From NCBI GenBank assembly GCA_044344255.1, contig JBIJDH010000005.1:297669-361668 (forward strand): a DNA stretch of 64,000 nt, given 5' to 3'. The notes below the pieces were generated by a model. It was not told the DNA's origin. It worked only from the letters and a program-made list of their open reading frames with translations, and did not search any database. The translations under genes and the position numbers were made by a program. Origin of the DNA: Myxococcota bacterium. Its GTDB lineage: Bacteria > Myxococcota_A > UBA796 > UBA2385. Of the stretch, positions 39,223 through 49,102 are shown piece after piece (the stretch's first letter is position 1; every line of letters starts with the position of its first letter).

Positions 39223-41805
39223 CTAGAAGCCGGGGCCGCCGCGGAACAAGAAGGAGACGCCCATGTCCGTGGCGCTGCCGTCCGAGGTCCAGGCGCCGAC
39301 GAGCACGTCATCAAAGCCGTCGTCGTCGACGTCGCCGGCCCCGGCCACCGCGTGACCGAAGTCGTCGCCGGTGTGCCAGCCGTTGATCAAGGAGGGCAGT
39401 GTGGTGTTGGTGTAGGTGCCCGACCAGGGGCCGACCATCACCGCCACGAAGCCGGCGCTGTTGGTGGTGGCCCCGATGATGACGTCGGCGTACCCGTTGG
39501 CGTCGACGTCGCCTGCGGCGGCCACCGAGTAGCCCACCTGGTCGCGGTAACGGCCGCCGAGCACGGAGCCCGCGGCGTCGGCCTCCGTGCGGCTCCCCTC
39601 GAGGGGGCCCATGAAGAGCCAGGCGACGCCGACGTCGCTGGCGCTGTCGTCATGGCCGGGCGCGCCGACCACGAGGTCGCCGTAGCCGTCGTCGTCGGAG
39701 TCGCCGATGCCGGCCAGCGAGCGGCCGAGCTGGTCGCCGCTGCTGCTGCTCTGGATGTAGAGATCGGCGGCGCTGAGGGTGGCGGTGCCGGAGACCGGCC
39801 CGAAGAAGACGCTGGCGACGCCGCCCGTACCGGCGAGGTAGGAGCCGACCGCGAGGTCGTCTACACCGTCGCCGTTGAGGTCGGGGACCATGGAGAGCGC
39901 CGCGCCGGCCTTGTCGCCCGCTGCGTCTCCATAGAGCAGCGCGTCAGCCTCGCCCGCGGGCGTGGCGCCGGACCAGCCGTCGTTGAAGAGGTAGGCGGCG
40001 CCATCGGCGGAGTTCACGACGTCGGTGGAGGGGGCGCCCACGACGATGTCTCGGGTGCCGTCGCCGGTGACATCGAGCCCGCCTGCGATCGCGTAGGCCG
40101 CGAGGTCGTTGTTGGCGGTCCCGAACATGTAGTCGGGCTCGTCTTCGAGGATGATGTCTCCCTCGAGGGGCCCAAGGAGGATCCAGGCCGCGCCCGCCTG
40201 GTTGACGCCGTCATCCCAGGAGCGGGCGCCGACGGCGAGGTCGTCGTAGCCGTCGCGGTTGATGTCGCCGAGGCGGGAGAGGCTGCAGCCGGCGTGGGCG
40301 CTGCTGGTGCTGCTCATGATCGTGGCCACGCCGTCTTCGATGAGCGAGCGCCCAGCCACGGGGGACAGGAGGTAGGCGGCGCCGCCATTGGAGGCGCCGG
40401 CGTTGCCGTTCTCGGCGCCGATCAGGATGTCATCGACCCCGTCGCCGGTCACGTCGCCGACCCCGGCCACCGCCGAGCCCGACTTGTCGGCGGAGAGCTC
40501 CCCGAAGAGGGAGGCCCAGGCGTCGGTGCTGGCGTCGAGGTCTCCGAGGAGGCCGCAGCCCTCGGCGTCGGTGCTGCAGTCGTTGTCGAGCCCGTCGCCG
40601 CAGACCTCGACCGCGAGCGGGTTGACGAGGCTGTTGGTGTCGAGGCAGTCGCGATCGTCGGTCACGTAGTCGGCGGTGGGCGCGAAGCAGGAGGCGGTGG
40701 AGGTGGTGGCGTCGCCGTAGCCGTCAGAGTCACCGTCGTAGTACCAGTCCCGCGGGTAGAGCACGGCGTCGTGATCGTCACAGTCGGCCCCGCCCCAGGC
40801 GGTGGCGTCGTAGCCGTCCTCGTCTGCGTCGTAGTCGGAGAGCCCGTCGCAGTTCTGGTCGGCGCCGTCGTAGTAGATCTCCTCGGCGTCGGGGTGGACG
40901 AGGCGGTCTTCGTCGTCGCAGTCGTCGCCGAGGGCGGGATCGGCGTAGCCGTTGGGCTCGTCACAGGACTTGAGCGTGCTGTCGCTCGTGCCGTAGCCGT
41001 CGCGATCGGTGTCGGCGAACCAGAGGGGGGCGTCGCGGGCGTCTTCGTCGACGCTGCCGTCGCAGTCCTCGTCGACGTCGTTGCAGACCTCGGTGGTGCC
41101 GGGCTTGATGCGGGACTGGAGGTCGTCGCAGTCTTCGCCGCCGTAGGCCTGGGCGTCGTAGCTGTCGCGGTCTTGGTCGTAGTCGCTCTTGCCGTCGCAG
41201 TCCTGGTCGACGCCGTCGTACCAGGTCTCATCGACGCCGGGGTTGACCGTCTCGTCGGTCTCGTCGCAGTCTCCGGCGCGGTTGGTGTAGCCGGCGGGGG
41301 CCTCACAGGCCTCGACGGGCAGCTCGCCGTCGCCGTAGCCGTCATCGTCGGCGTCGAAGAAGAAGGTCGAGCCGTCGGTGGTGTTGTCGTCGATCACGCC
41401 GTTGCAGTCGTCGTCGACCCCGTCACAGCGCTCCTCGGCGCCGGGAAAGTCGCGCGAGGACTTGTCGTTACAGTCGAGGCTGTTGTCGACGTAGCCGACC
41501 GGCGCCTCACAGCTCAGGCGGGCGTACTCGGGCGAGCCGTAGTCGTCGCCGTCAGCGTCGGCGTACCAGGTGGGCACGTCGAGGGCGCTGTCGTCGTCGG
41601 TGAGGCCGTCGCAGTTGTTGTCGATGCCGTCGCAGAGCTCGGATGCGCCGGGGTTGATCTCCCCGTTGAGCTCATCGCAGTCTACGGCCCAGCCGTAGCC
41701 GTCCTGATCGAGGTCCATCGGGCCGTCTTCCTTGCTCGGACCGCCCGCGCAAGCGGTGAGGGTACAGGCGAGGGCGGCGATCAAGAACAGGGCAGGGCGG
41801 AGCAT
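39223..41805 (-). CDS. Lipoprotein with DCDD metal-binding repeats and a C-terminal FG-GAP propeller
   Basis: GGAGG RBS; lipobox LTAC; repeated PGA.E.CDG.D.DCDG; GD..GDG.DD..VGA repeats. Confidence 0.9.
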   Translation of the reverse strand: MLRPALFLIAALACTLTACAGGPSKEDGPMDLDQDGYGWAVDCDELNGEINPGASELCDGIDNNCDGLTDDDSALDVPTWYADADGDDYGSPEYARLSCEAPVGYVDNSLDCNDKSSRDFPGAEERCDGVDDDCNGVIDDNTTDGSTFFFDADDDGYGDGELPVEACEAPAGYTNRAGDCDETDETVNPGVDETWYDGVDQDCDGKSDYDQDRDSYDAQAYGGEDCDDLQSRIKPGTTEVCNDVDEDCDGSVDEDARDAPLWFADTDRDGYGTSDSTLKSCDEPNGYADPALGDDCDDEDRLVHPDAEEIYYDGADQNCDGLSDYDADEDGYDATAWGGADCDDHDAVLYPRDWYYDGDSDGYGDATTSTASCFAPTADYVTDDRDCLDTNSLVNPLAVEVCGDGLDNDCSTDAEGCGLLGDLDASTDAWASLFGELSADKSGSAVAGVGDVTGDGVDDILIGAENGNAGASNGGAAYLLSPVAGRSLIEDGVATIMSSTSSAHAGCSLSRLGDINRDGYDDLAVGARSWDDGVNQAGAAWILLGPLEGDIILEDEPDYMFGTANNDLAAYAIAGGLDVTGDGTRDIVVGAPSTDVVNSADGAAYLFNDGWSGATPAGEADALLYGDAAGDKAGAALSMVPDLNGDGVDDLAVGSYLAGTGGVASVFFGPVSGTATLSAADLYIQSSSSGDQLGRSLAGIGDSDDDGYGDLVVGAPGHDDSASDVGVAWLFMGPLEGSRTEADAAGSVLGGRYRDQVGYSVAAAGDVDANGYADVIIGATTNSAGFVAVMVGPWSGTYTNTTLPSLINGWHTGDDFGHAVAGAGDVDDDGFDDVLVGAWTSDGSATDMGVSFLFRGGPGF

Positions 41806-41913
41806 GGACAGCAGTCCTCCGGACGCTGGCGGGAAGATAGCCGACCGGCGCGCCGTCGGCCCCCGCTAGTTCATCCGATCCTGAGGCGCGGTCTGCTCGG
41901 CGCCGCGCCGGGA

Positions 41914-42720
41914 TCAGGGGACCGCTTGCCCGGTCAGCGTGAGGGTGCGGCTGGGCGTGCGGGCGTCATCGCTCTCGATAGTGAGGACCGCGGTGGACGG
42001 CCCCCCCGCGGTGGGCGTGAAGCGCATCAGGACGAGGCCGCCCTCCGAGCGGGCGGGGATCACCGTCCCCTCGGCGTTGACGACGATCGACCAGTCTCCG
42101 GGGGTGTCGTCGATCAAGGTGACGGCGTCGATGTGGAGGTCATCGGTGCCGTCATTGGCGATGCGCAGCTCGGCCTCACCCTGGTTGCCGATCGTCACCG
42201 TCCCCACGTCGAGGGTGGACTCGGGGTCGAGGCGGATCGAGGGCTCACCCACGGCGGTGGCGTTGAGGCGGAGCGTGAGCTCGGGGCTCTCGGGGTCATC
42301 GCTCTGGATCTGGAGCCGCACGGTGGGATCGTCGAGGGAGATGGGGTGGGCCACCACGGTGACCAGGGCGGCGGTGCCTGGCGTGAGCTCTCCGGAGAGG
42401 CCCCCGGAGAGCGACCAGCTCGGGCGCTTGCTGTCGTCTTCGAAGCCGATGTCGAAGAGCTGGAGCGGACCCTGGCCGAGGTTGGTGATCGTGAAGGTCT
42501 GGGTGGCCTGCTCGCCGAGGCGGAGCGTGCCGAAGTCGAGCGAGGTGGGCGCCACCTCGACGTCACCGGGGACCACCACCTCGACCTCGGCGCCGCTGTC
42601 GGTGGCTTCGCCCTCTCCTTTGTCGCCACAGGCGACGAGCAGGCCGAGACCGAGACCGAGGCCGAGGCCAAAGCGGAGGCGGGCGCTGGAGCGGACGGCG
42701 GAGGCTCGAGGCGTGGACAT
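41914..42720 (-). CDS. Lipoprotein with two ASH/choice-of-anchor-D Ig-like domains
   Basis: Lipobox LVAC; PTSLDFG...ITNLG and LTIESDD, occurring twice. Confidence 0.8.
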   Translation of the reverse strand: MSTPRASAVRSSARLRFGLGLGLGLGLLVACGDKGEGEATDSGAEVEVVVPGDVEVAPTSLDFGTLRLGEQATQTFTITNLGQGPLQLFDIGFEDDSKRPSWSLSGGLSGELTPGTAALVTVVAHPISLDDPTVRLQIQSDDPESPELTLRLNATAVGEPSIRLDPESTLDVGTVTIGNQGEAELRIANDGTDDLHIDAVTLIDDTPGDWSIVVNAEGTVIPARSEGGLVLMRFTPTAGGPSTAVLTIESDDARTPSRTLTLTGQAVP

Positions 42721-42838
42721 GGGCAGCCCGGCGTGCGGAGGGGATGGCGAGCGGAGGGCCCGGAGGAGCGGGGCGCTGAATGTACACCACCGGCGGGACA
42801 GGGTGTTATCGGCGCTCGGCCTTTGCCTGGGAGTGCCT

Positions 42839-43750
42839 ATGCGGCCCTTGATTCCCTACTGGGAAAACGACTTCAGCATCCCGCTCCCCTTCAAGATCCC
42901 GTTGGTGGGGGCCGACGCCATCCACCTCTTCGGCATCCTGGTCGCGGTGGGCTTCATGGTCGGCGCCCACATCTCGATGAACAAGGCGCGGCGGGACGGT
43001 CAGGACCCTGAGCTCATCAACAAGCTCGTCGGCTGGATCGTCGTTGGCGTCTTCGTGGGCGGGCACTGGGGCCACCTCCTCTTCTACTACCCCTCCGAGA
43101 TCATGAAGGACCCGATGGTCCTCTTCCGCTTCACGAGCGGGCTCTCGAGCATGGGTGGCTTCTTGTTCAGCACGATCCTCTGCACCATCTTCTACCGGCG
43201 GGAGATCAAGAAGGTGGAGCGGGCGAACGTGAAGCGGGCCAAGAAAGGCGAGCCGCTGATCACGCCGATCAGCTTCTGGGGGCAGGTGGACTGCTTCTGT
43301 TACGGTTTCACCATCGCCTGGATGTTCGGTCGGCTCGGCTGCTTCTCGGCCCACGACCACCCGGGGACGCCGACGAACTTCTGGCTCGGTGTGCCCGGGA
43401 TGAACCCCGCGGTGGGCTGTACCAAGGAGGTGGCATGCCACGACCTCGGTCTGTATGAGGCGATCTGGTCGCTGCTGATGTACTTCGTCTTCCGCCCCCT
43501 CGACAAGAAGCCGAGGTTTCCCGGTTTCTTTGCAGGAGTTTGGCTCATCTCCTACGGCATGACCCGCGTGGTGCTCGACGTGTTCCGGAACCCCGGCATT
43601 GATACACGCTACTTTGGGCTGACCCCGGCCCAGTATGGGTCGATGATCATGTTTGGGATGGGCGTATGGATCCTCTGGAGCCAGCGGAACCAGACCCCGC
43701 TGCGGGAGCTCCCGCCGGTGAACCCCGAGGCGGCCGCGCCCGCGGCCTGA
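42839..43750 (+). CDS. lgt: Prolipoprotein diacylglyceryl transferase
   Basis: GLSSMGG, FGRLGCF.AHDHPG and HDLGLYEA; multiple TM segments. Confidence 0.85.
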   Translation: MRPLIPYWENDFSIPLPFKIPLVGADAIHLFGILVAVGFMVGAHISMNKARRDGQDPELINKLVGWIVVGVFVGGHWGHLLFYYPSEIMKDPMVLFRFTSGLSSMGGFLFSTILCTIFYRREIKKVERANVKRAKKGEPLITPISFWGQVDCFCYGFTIAWMFGRLGCFSAHDHPGTPTNFWLGVPGMNPAVGCTKEVACHDLGLYEAIWSLLMYFVFRPLDKKPRFPGFFAGVWLISYGMTRVVLDVFRNPGIDTRYFGLTPAQYGSMIMFGMGVWILWSQRNQTPLRELPPVNPEAAAPAA

Positions 43751-43766
43751 TCGGGGTCCCTCGACC

Positions 43767-45719
43767 TCAGGCCGTGTAGAGCCGCTGGAGGTACTCCCGC
43801 ACCATGCGGTGCGTGTTGAAGACGGGCACGCAGGTGCGCATCGCGCGCGCCATCTTCCGGGCCCAGCTCGCAGGGTCGGAGAAGGCGGGCAGGACCTCCT
43901 CCTCGAGGGTCTGGTAGAGCTGCAGGGCGTCGAGGTGGTCTTCGGACCCATCATCGGGGCGGTCTTCCCCCTCGCCGATGGCCCAGCCGTTGGTGCCGTC
44001 CCAGGCCTCGGGCCACCAGCCGTCGAGGATGGAGAGGTTGAGGTTGCCGTTGAGGGCCGCCTTCTGACCGCTGGTGCCGCTGGCCTCGTGGGGGCGGCGG
44101 GGCGTGTTGAGCCAGATGTCGCAGCAGCCCGTGAGCAGCCGACCGATCGCCATGTCGTAGTCGGGCACGAAGACGATCTGGTCGCGGAAGCGGGGGCTCC
44201 GCGCCCAGCGCACCACGGCGGCCGCGATGTCCTGCCCAGCGACGTCGGCGGGGTGGGCCTTCCCGGCGAAGACCACCTGGAGGCCGCGGTCGAGCAGGGC
44301 CTCGAGGCGGACGGGGTCGGAGAAGAGCAGGTCGCCTCGTTTGTAGGGCGCGAAGCGTCGGGCGAAGCCGATCGTGAGGCGCCGAGGGTCGAGCACGTCG
44401 CGGCCGAGGCGAGCTCGGAGATCGGAGACGAGGCGGGCCCTTCGAGCCTCTTGCATGTCGAGCAGGGCCTCGGCGGGGATGTCCTCCGCGGCGGCCCAGA
44501 ACGCGGGGTCTTCGAAGCGGTCCATCCAACCGGGGAGGTGGCGGTCCCAGAGGGCGGCGGTCTCGGGGGCCAGCCACGCGGTGGGGTGGACGCCGTTGGT
44601 GATGCTGGTGACCGCGACGCGCAGCGAGGACCACATCTTCTTCGTGACCTCGCCGTGGAGCTCGCTCACCGCGTTGGTGGCGCGGCTGCCGCGCATGCCG
44701 AGGACGGTCATGCAGAGGGGCTCGTCGACGTCGCCCGGGCGCACTCGCCCGCGGTCCATGAAGGAGCCGATGGGCAGGCCGGTCTGGTGGCGCCAGGCGC
44801 CGAGGACGGGATCGAAGATGTGCCAGTCGAAGCGGTCGTGCCCCGCGTCTACCGGCGTGTGTGTGGTGAAGACGCAGCGCCTCCGGACATCCACCCACGC
44901 CGCCTCGAAGGAGAGGCCGCGGCGGATGGCCGCCGCCCAGAGCTCGAGGGTGAGGAAGGCGGAGTGGCCCTCGTTCATGTGGTAGACGTCGCGCTCGACG
45001 CCGAGGGCGGTGAGCAGCCGGACGCCGCCGATGCCCAGCACCACCTCCTGGCGGATTCGATCGTGGGAGCGGCCACCGTAGAGGCGCTTGGAGAGGGCGC
45101 GGTCTTCGGCGAGCGCGCCCTCGATGTCGGTGTCGAGCAGGTAGAGGATCGCGCGGCCCACCCTCACCTTCCAGGCTTGGACCTGGATGTTTCGGGTGCC
45201 ACAGGGCACCTCGACGAGGAGGCGGGCGCCGTCTGCCCGGTGCACGGGCTCGACCGGGAGGCGGCTCGCTTGATTGTGGGCGTAGGCGGCCACCTGGCGC
45301 CCGTCGTGGAGGATCTGCCGGAAGTAGCCCTCCCCCCAGAAGAGACCGACCGCGACGAAGTCAAGGCCGAGGTCGCCCGCGCTGCGGACGTGGTCGCCGG
45401 CCAGCATCCCGAGCCCGCCCGAGAAGATGGGCAGGGACTCGTGGATGCCGAACTCCATGCAGAAGTAGGCCACCCGCGGCCCCCCGGAGACGCCGGGGCC
45501 GGAGAGCGCGGCCTCCCGTTCTTCAGCGAGGGTCCTCATGCTCAGGAGCCAGCTCGGCGGGGCGAGGGAGAGGTCGGCCTCGGCCAGGAGGGCCACTGGG
45601 TTGTGCTGCACGGCCTCCCAGAGGAAGGGATCCAGCTCCCGCCAGAGGTCATGGGCGCGGGGGACGCCGGTCCACCACAGGTCTCGGGCGAGGTCGTACA
45701 GAAAGGTCGGGGTGCTCAT
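43767..45719 (-). CDS. glgP: Alpha-glucan (glycogen) phosphorylase
   Basis: YFCMEFG, SGGLGMLAGD, HMNEGH, FARRFAPYKR and EASGTSGQK. Confidence 0.95.
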   Translation of the reverse strand: MSTPTFLYDLARDLWWTGVPRAHDLWRELDPFLWEAVQHNPVALLAEADLSLAPPSWLLSMRTLAEEREAALSGPGVSGGPRVAYFCMEFGIHESLPIFSGGLGMLAGDHVRSAGDLGLDFVAVGLFWGEGYFRQILHDGRQVAAYAHNQASRLPVEPVHRADGARLLVEVPCGTRNIQVQAWKVRVGRAILYLLDTDIEGALAEDRALSKRLYGGRSHDRIRQEVVLGIGGVRLLTALGVERDVYHMNEGHSAFLTLELWAAAIRRGLSFEAAWVDVRRRCVFTTHTPVDAGHDRFDWHIFDPVLGAWRHQTGLPIGSFMDRGRVRPGDVDEPLCMTVLGMRGSRATNAVSELHGEVTKKMWSSLRVAVTSITNGVHPTAWLAPETAALWDRHLPGWMDRFEDPAFWAAAEDIPAEALLDMQEARRARLVSDLRARLGRDVLDPRRLTIGFARRFAPYKRGDLLFSDPVRLEALLDRGLQVVFAGKAHPADVAGQDIAAAVVRWARSPRFRDQIVFVPDYDMAIGRLLTGCCDIWLNTPRRPHEASGTSGQKAALNGNLNLSILDGWWPEAWDGTNGWAIGEGEDRPDDGSEDHLDALQLYQTLEEEVLPAFSDPASWARKMARAMRTCVPVFNTHRMVREYLQRLYTA

Positions 45720-45759
45720 GGGGCTCCCGTCTACCCCGTCCCCCGGGCGGGCGCGATCC

Positions 45760-46770
45760 TTAGGCGCGCCGAAGTGCGCCCCGCCTCGCTGCGATCTGGC
45801 GGGCGAGGGTGAGCGCGGAGATCATGCTGGCGGGGTCGGCCTGCCCCGCGCCGACGAGGTGGTCGGCGGTGCCGTGGTCGACGCTGAGCCGCAGCAGAGG
45901 GAGCCCGAGGGTCCAGTTCACCGACCGCCCGAAGTCGACCGCCTTCAAGGGGGCGAGGCCCTGGTCGTGGTACATCGCGACGATGAGGTCAAAGCGCCCC
46001 TCCCGCGCGCCGAGGAAGGCGGTCTCGGCGGAGACGGGGCCGGTCACGTTCAGCCCGCCCGCGCGGGCGTCCTCGCAGGCGGGGCCGATGATGAGGCGCT
46101 CCTCGTCGCCGAGCAGCCCCTCCTCGCCTGCGTGAGGGTTGAGTCCGCAGACCGCGATCCGGGGCGCCTCGAGGCCGAGGTCTGCCACCAGGGCCTGGGC
46201 CGCGGTCTCGATGACGGTGCGGATGTCGGCGCGGTCGAGGGCGGCGGGCACCGCCTTGAGCGGGATGTGGGTGGTCACGAGCGCGAGGCGGAGCTCGCCG
46301 CCGACGAAGGCCATCACCTCCCGTAGGGGCGGCGTCGTCGGGGGGCAGAGCGAGGCGAGGAAGTCGGTGTGGCCGTGAAAGGCGAAGCCGCGCTCGCTCA
46401 GGCGCTTCTTGTGGATGGGCCCGGTGACGAGCGCCGCGGCCTCCCCGCGGAGGCAGGCGAGGGCGGCCGCGCGGATGGCCGCGACCTCGGCGGGCTCGAC
46501 CGCGTCACCCGGGTCGAAGACCGGCACGCCGTCCGCCTGGGCGCTCCAGGAGGCTGGGTGGCTCAAGGTCCGCTCCAGCGCTTCGGGGCCCGAGAGCCGG
46601 CGAAGGGGGAGGCCGAAGGCTCGGTTGGCCTCTTCGAGCGCCGACCAGCGGCCGAGGAGGATGAGGCCCTCGACGCCGACACGTCTCAACGCGGCGAGGC
46701 CGACCTCGGCGCCGATGCCCATCCCCGGGGTGAGGAGCAGCGGGAGGGGAGGGCCCTGGGCGCGCGTCAC
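45760..46770 (-). CDS. pdxA: 4-hydroxythreonine-4-phosphate dehydrogenase
   Basis: GIGAEV, GHTDFL, LNPHAGE, MYHDQGL and SVDHGTA. Confidence 0.95.
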   Translation of the reverse strand: MTRAQGPPLPLLLTPGMGIGAEVGLAALRRVGVEGLILLGRWSALEEANRAFGLPLRRLSGPEALERTLSHPASWSAQADGVPVFDPGDAVEPAEVAAIRAAALACLRGEAAALVTGPIHKKRLSERGFAFHGHTDFLASLCPPTTPPLREVMAFVGGELRLALVTTHIPLKAVPAALDRADIRTVIETAAQALVADLGLEAPRIAVCGLNPHAGEEGLLGDEERLIIGPACEDARAGGLNVTGPVSAETAFLGAREGRFDLIVAMYHDQGLAPLKAVDFGRSVNWTLGLPLLRLSVDHGTADHLVGAGQADPASMISALTLARQIAARRGALRRA

Positions 46771-46780
46771 GGACCCGGGC

Positions 46781-47821
46781 TCAGGGAGCGCCGATCGTGG
46801 AGGCGCCGTCCGACGGGATCACCCCGGGGGGCTTCGCCTCGAGCTTGATCAGGACCGAGGCCTGGCGGCGGGCCTGCTCGGTCCACTCTTCGGTCTCTTC
46901 GACCATGCGCTGCTGGTAGACGGCCTCCTCGAGCTCGGGGCGGAGCTGCTCGAAGGGGACCGGGGCCACCGCTTGGCGCGACAGGGGAGAGATGATGAAG
47001 ACACCGAGCGGCGCGAGCACGATGGGCTCGCTGACCCCGCCCACCGGGAGGTGGAAGGCGGCCTGGTTCATCTCGGGGCCGAGCATGCCCTCCCCGAACT
47101 TGCCCCAGCGTCCGCCGTCCTTGCCCTGGAAGAGCTCGTCGAGCTCGAGGGCGACGGTGGCCCAGCTCTCCCCGGCGAGCACGCGCGCCCGGGCGACCTC
47201 CGCCTTGGACTTGGCGGCCGCGAGCTGGGCGGGGTCTTCGAGGTCTCCCACCTTGATCGCGATGGCGCCGAGCTCTACCTCCTGCGGCAGGTCGCTCGCG
47301 CTCACCTTCTTACGCCAGAGCGCCTTGAGCTCGTCTTCGGTGATGGTGACCCGATTGCGGAGCACGGCGTCCGTGAACTTCATCTGCCCGACCTGCTCGC
47401 GGAGCTCGGTCTGGTAGATGTCCCAGGGGATGCCCTCCTCTTCGATGCGCTCCTGGAGCTGATCGCGGGTCATCCCGTTGGTGGCGGCGATGGACGCGAT
47501 GGCTCGGTCGAGGTCGTCGGTGGTGACGCCCTGGCCGAGCTTGTCGAGCTCCTGGTTCACCAGACGGCGCTGAATGAGCTGGTCGAGGACCTTGAGCTCG
47601 GCGTCGCGGCGGCAGGTAGCCTCGGCGCCGCAGCGCTCCATCGCCGCGTCGATGAACTCGCCGCCGAGCTCATAGACCTCCGAGAGGGCGACCACGTCGT
47701 CGTTGACCACCGCCGCGACCCGATCGAGGAGCTTACGCTCGGCGCACCAAGCCTCGCTGCCGCCCGCCTGGAGGGCGAGGGCAGAGAGGAGGAGGATCAG
47801 GCCGCGGCGGAGCGGGCTCAC
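46781..47821 (-). CDS. surA: SurA-like periplasmic chaperone/PPIase
   Basis: Signal peptide; DRVAAVVNDDVV; parvulin-like GGRWG domain; lies upstream of pdxA. Confidence 0.85.
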   Translation of the reverse strand: MSPLRRGLILLLSALALQAGGSEAWCAERKLLDRVAAVVNDDVVALSEVYELGGEFIDAAMERCGAEATCRRDAELKVLDQLIQRRLVNQELDKLGQGVTTDDLDRAIASIAATNGMTRDQLQERIEEEGIPWDIYQTELREQVGQMKFTDAVLRNRVTITEDELKALWRKKVSASDLPQEVELGAIAIKVGDLEDPAQLAAAKSKAEVARARVLAGESWATVALELDELFQGKDGGRWGKFGEGMLGPEMNQAAFHLPVGGVSEPIVLAPLGVFIISPLSRQAVAPVPFEQLRPELEEAVYQQRMVEETEEWTEQARRQASVLIKLEAKPPGVIPSDGASTIGAP

Positions 47822-48891
47822 TTGTGCTCGGGCTCCGCGGGGGCCGTCGGGGCCGCGGGGCCGCCCTCGGCCGCGCCGGGCATCGGCATCTCGGGGGCCT
47901 CCATCTCTTCGTCGATGCCCTCGCCGCCCGGGCCGCCCTCGATGTTGAGACCGGAGGCAGCTCCGGCCTTGCGGGTGGGCTTGACCTCGATCGCGGCGAG
48001 CTTGTCGGCCTTCACCTCGATCTTGGCGGTGGCGCGGAGGTTGGCCACGTAGCCGTCGTAGAGGGCCTTGAGCTTGTCGTTCTTGACCTTGCGGAGCACA
48101 GAGCCCTTCATCTGCTGGAAGGTGCGCTCGACGCGCTCGCGACGGTTGGCCACCTGGACGATGTTCCAGCCCTCCGCGCTCTTGAAGGGGGCGGAGATCT
48201 CGTTGACCTTCATGGTGAAGGCCTTCTCGACGACGGCGGGGTCGAGGCCGGGCTTGCCGGTCTGGGCCACGAAGCCGACGTCACCGCCGCGGCGGCGGTA
48301 GGGGTCTTCGGAGAACTTGGAGGCGAGGTCCTTGAAGGAGTCCGGGGCCTTGTTGAGCTCGCCGGCGATGCGCTTGGCCTCCGCCTCGGCGGCCGCCTCG
48401 GGGCGCTGGTCGCTGACCTTGATGAGGATGCGCTTGACCTGCACCTTCTCGGGGACGATGAACTCGTCCTTGTGCTCCTCGTAGTACTTCTGGAGGTCTT
48501 CGTCCTTGAAGTCCGAGTTGCGGACGCTGCCGTAGACGTCCTGGCGGAGCAGGGTGTTGACCATGACCTTCTGGACCTTGGGGTCCTGGTCGAGGCCCTT
48601 CTTCACGGCTTCGAGGTAGAGGAGCTTCTCGTCGACGAGGCGGTCGAGGACCTCCTTCTTGTCGGCGTCGGTGAGCTTGTCACCCTCGGTGGGCTGCTTG
48701 CGCGCGGCGCTCTGCTCGAACTCGATCGAGCCGACCTCGAGGCCGTCGACCGTGGCGAGGACGACGCCGATGTCTTGCTTGACCGCCGCGCCCGCCGCCG
48801 GCTTGGCGCCCTTTTCGGTGCCTCCGCCCTGGCAGGCGGGGAGAGAGAGGGACAGCACGACCGCAATGACTGCAGAGTTGAGAAACCGCAT
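47818..48891 (-). CDS. Parvulin-type peptidyl-prolyl isomerase lipoprotein (PrsA/PpiC-like)
   Basis: Lipobox LPAC; VKRILIK, FSED...GGDVGF and ISAPFKSAEGWNIV. Confidence 0.9.
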   Translation of the reverse strand: MRFLNSAVIAVVLSLSLPACQGGGTEKGAKPAAGAAVKQDIGVVLATVDGLEVGSIEFEQSAARKQPTEGDKLTDADKKEVLDRLVDEKLLYLEAVKKGLDQDPKVQKVMVNTLLRQDVYGSVRNSDFKDEDLQKYYEEHKDEFIVPEKVQVKRILIKVSDQRPEAAAEAEAKRIAGELNKAPDSFKDLASKFSEDPYRRRGGDVGFVAQTGKPGLDPAVVEKAFTMKVNEISAPFKSAEGWNIVQVANRRERVERTFQQMKGSVLRKVKNDKLKALYDGYVANLRATAKIEVKADKLAAIEVKPTRKAGAASGLNIEGGPGGEGIDEEMEAPEMPMPGAAEGGPAAPTAPAEPEHK

Positions 48892-49102
48892 GCCTGTTCA
48901 GAGCCTCGATGGGATCACTCCCCGGGAGGGGGGAGATGGGAGTCGGGTACGACCCCGCCGGTGCCAGGGTTCTTCCCTCGACCCGAGCGGAGATCCGCGG
49001 GGGTCAAGGGAGTCCTGTCGGCAGGCGAGCGGCGTTGCTTAGCACGAGGCGCCGGTCCACTGCAAGAAAGCGGACAGAGCGGCGCTCCCGTCGGAGTGGG
49101 CC

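Noticed and set aside
35932..43011. 2359-aa ORF on the + strand and other long antisense ORFs (260-2377, 2769-5528, 16797-19235, 55271-58396)
   Set aside because: Shadow frames opposite well-supported genes. Stop-codon scarcity in high-GC DNA explains them, and they contain no recognisable motifs.
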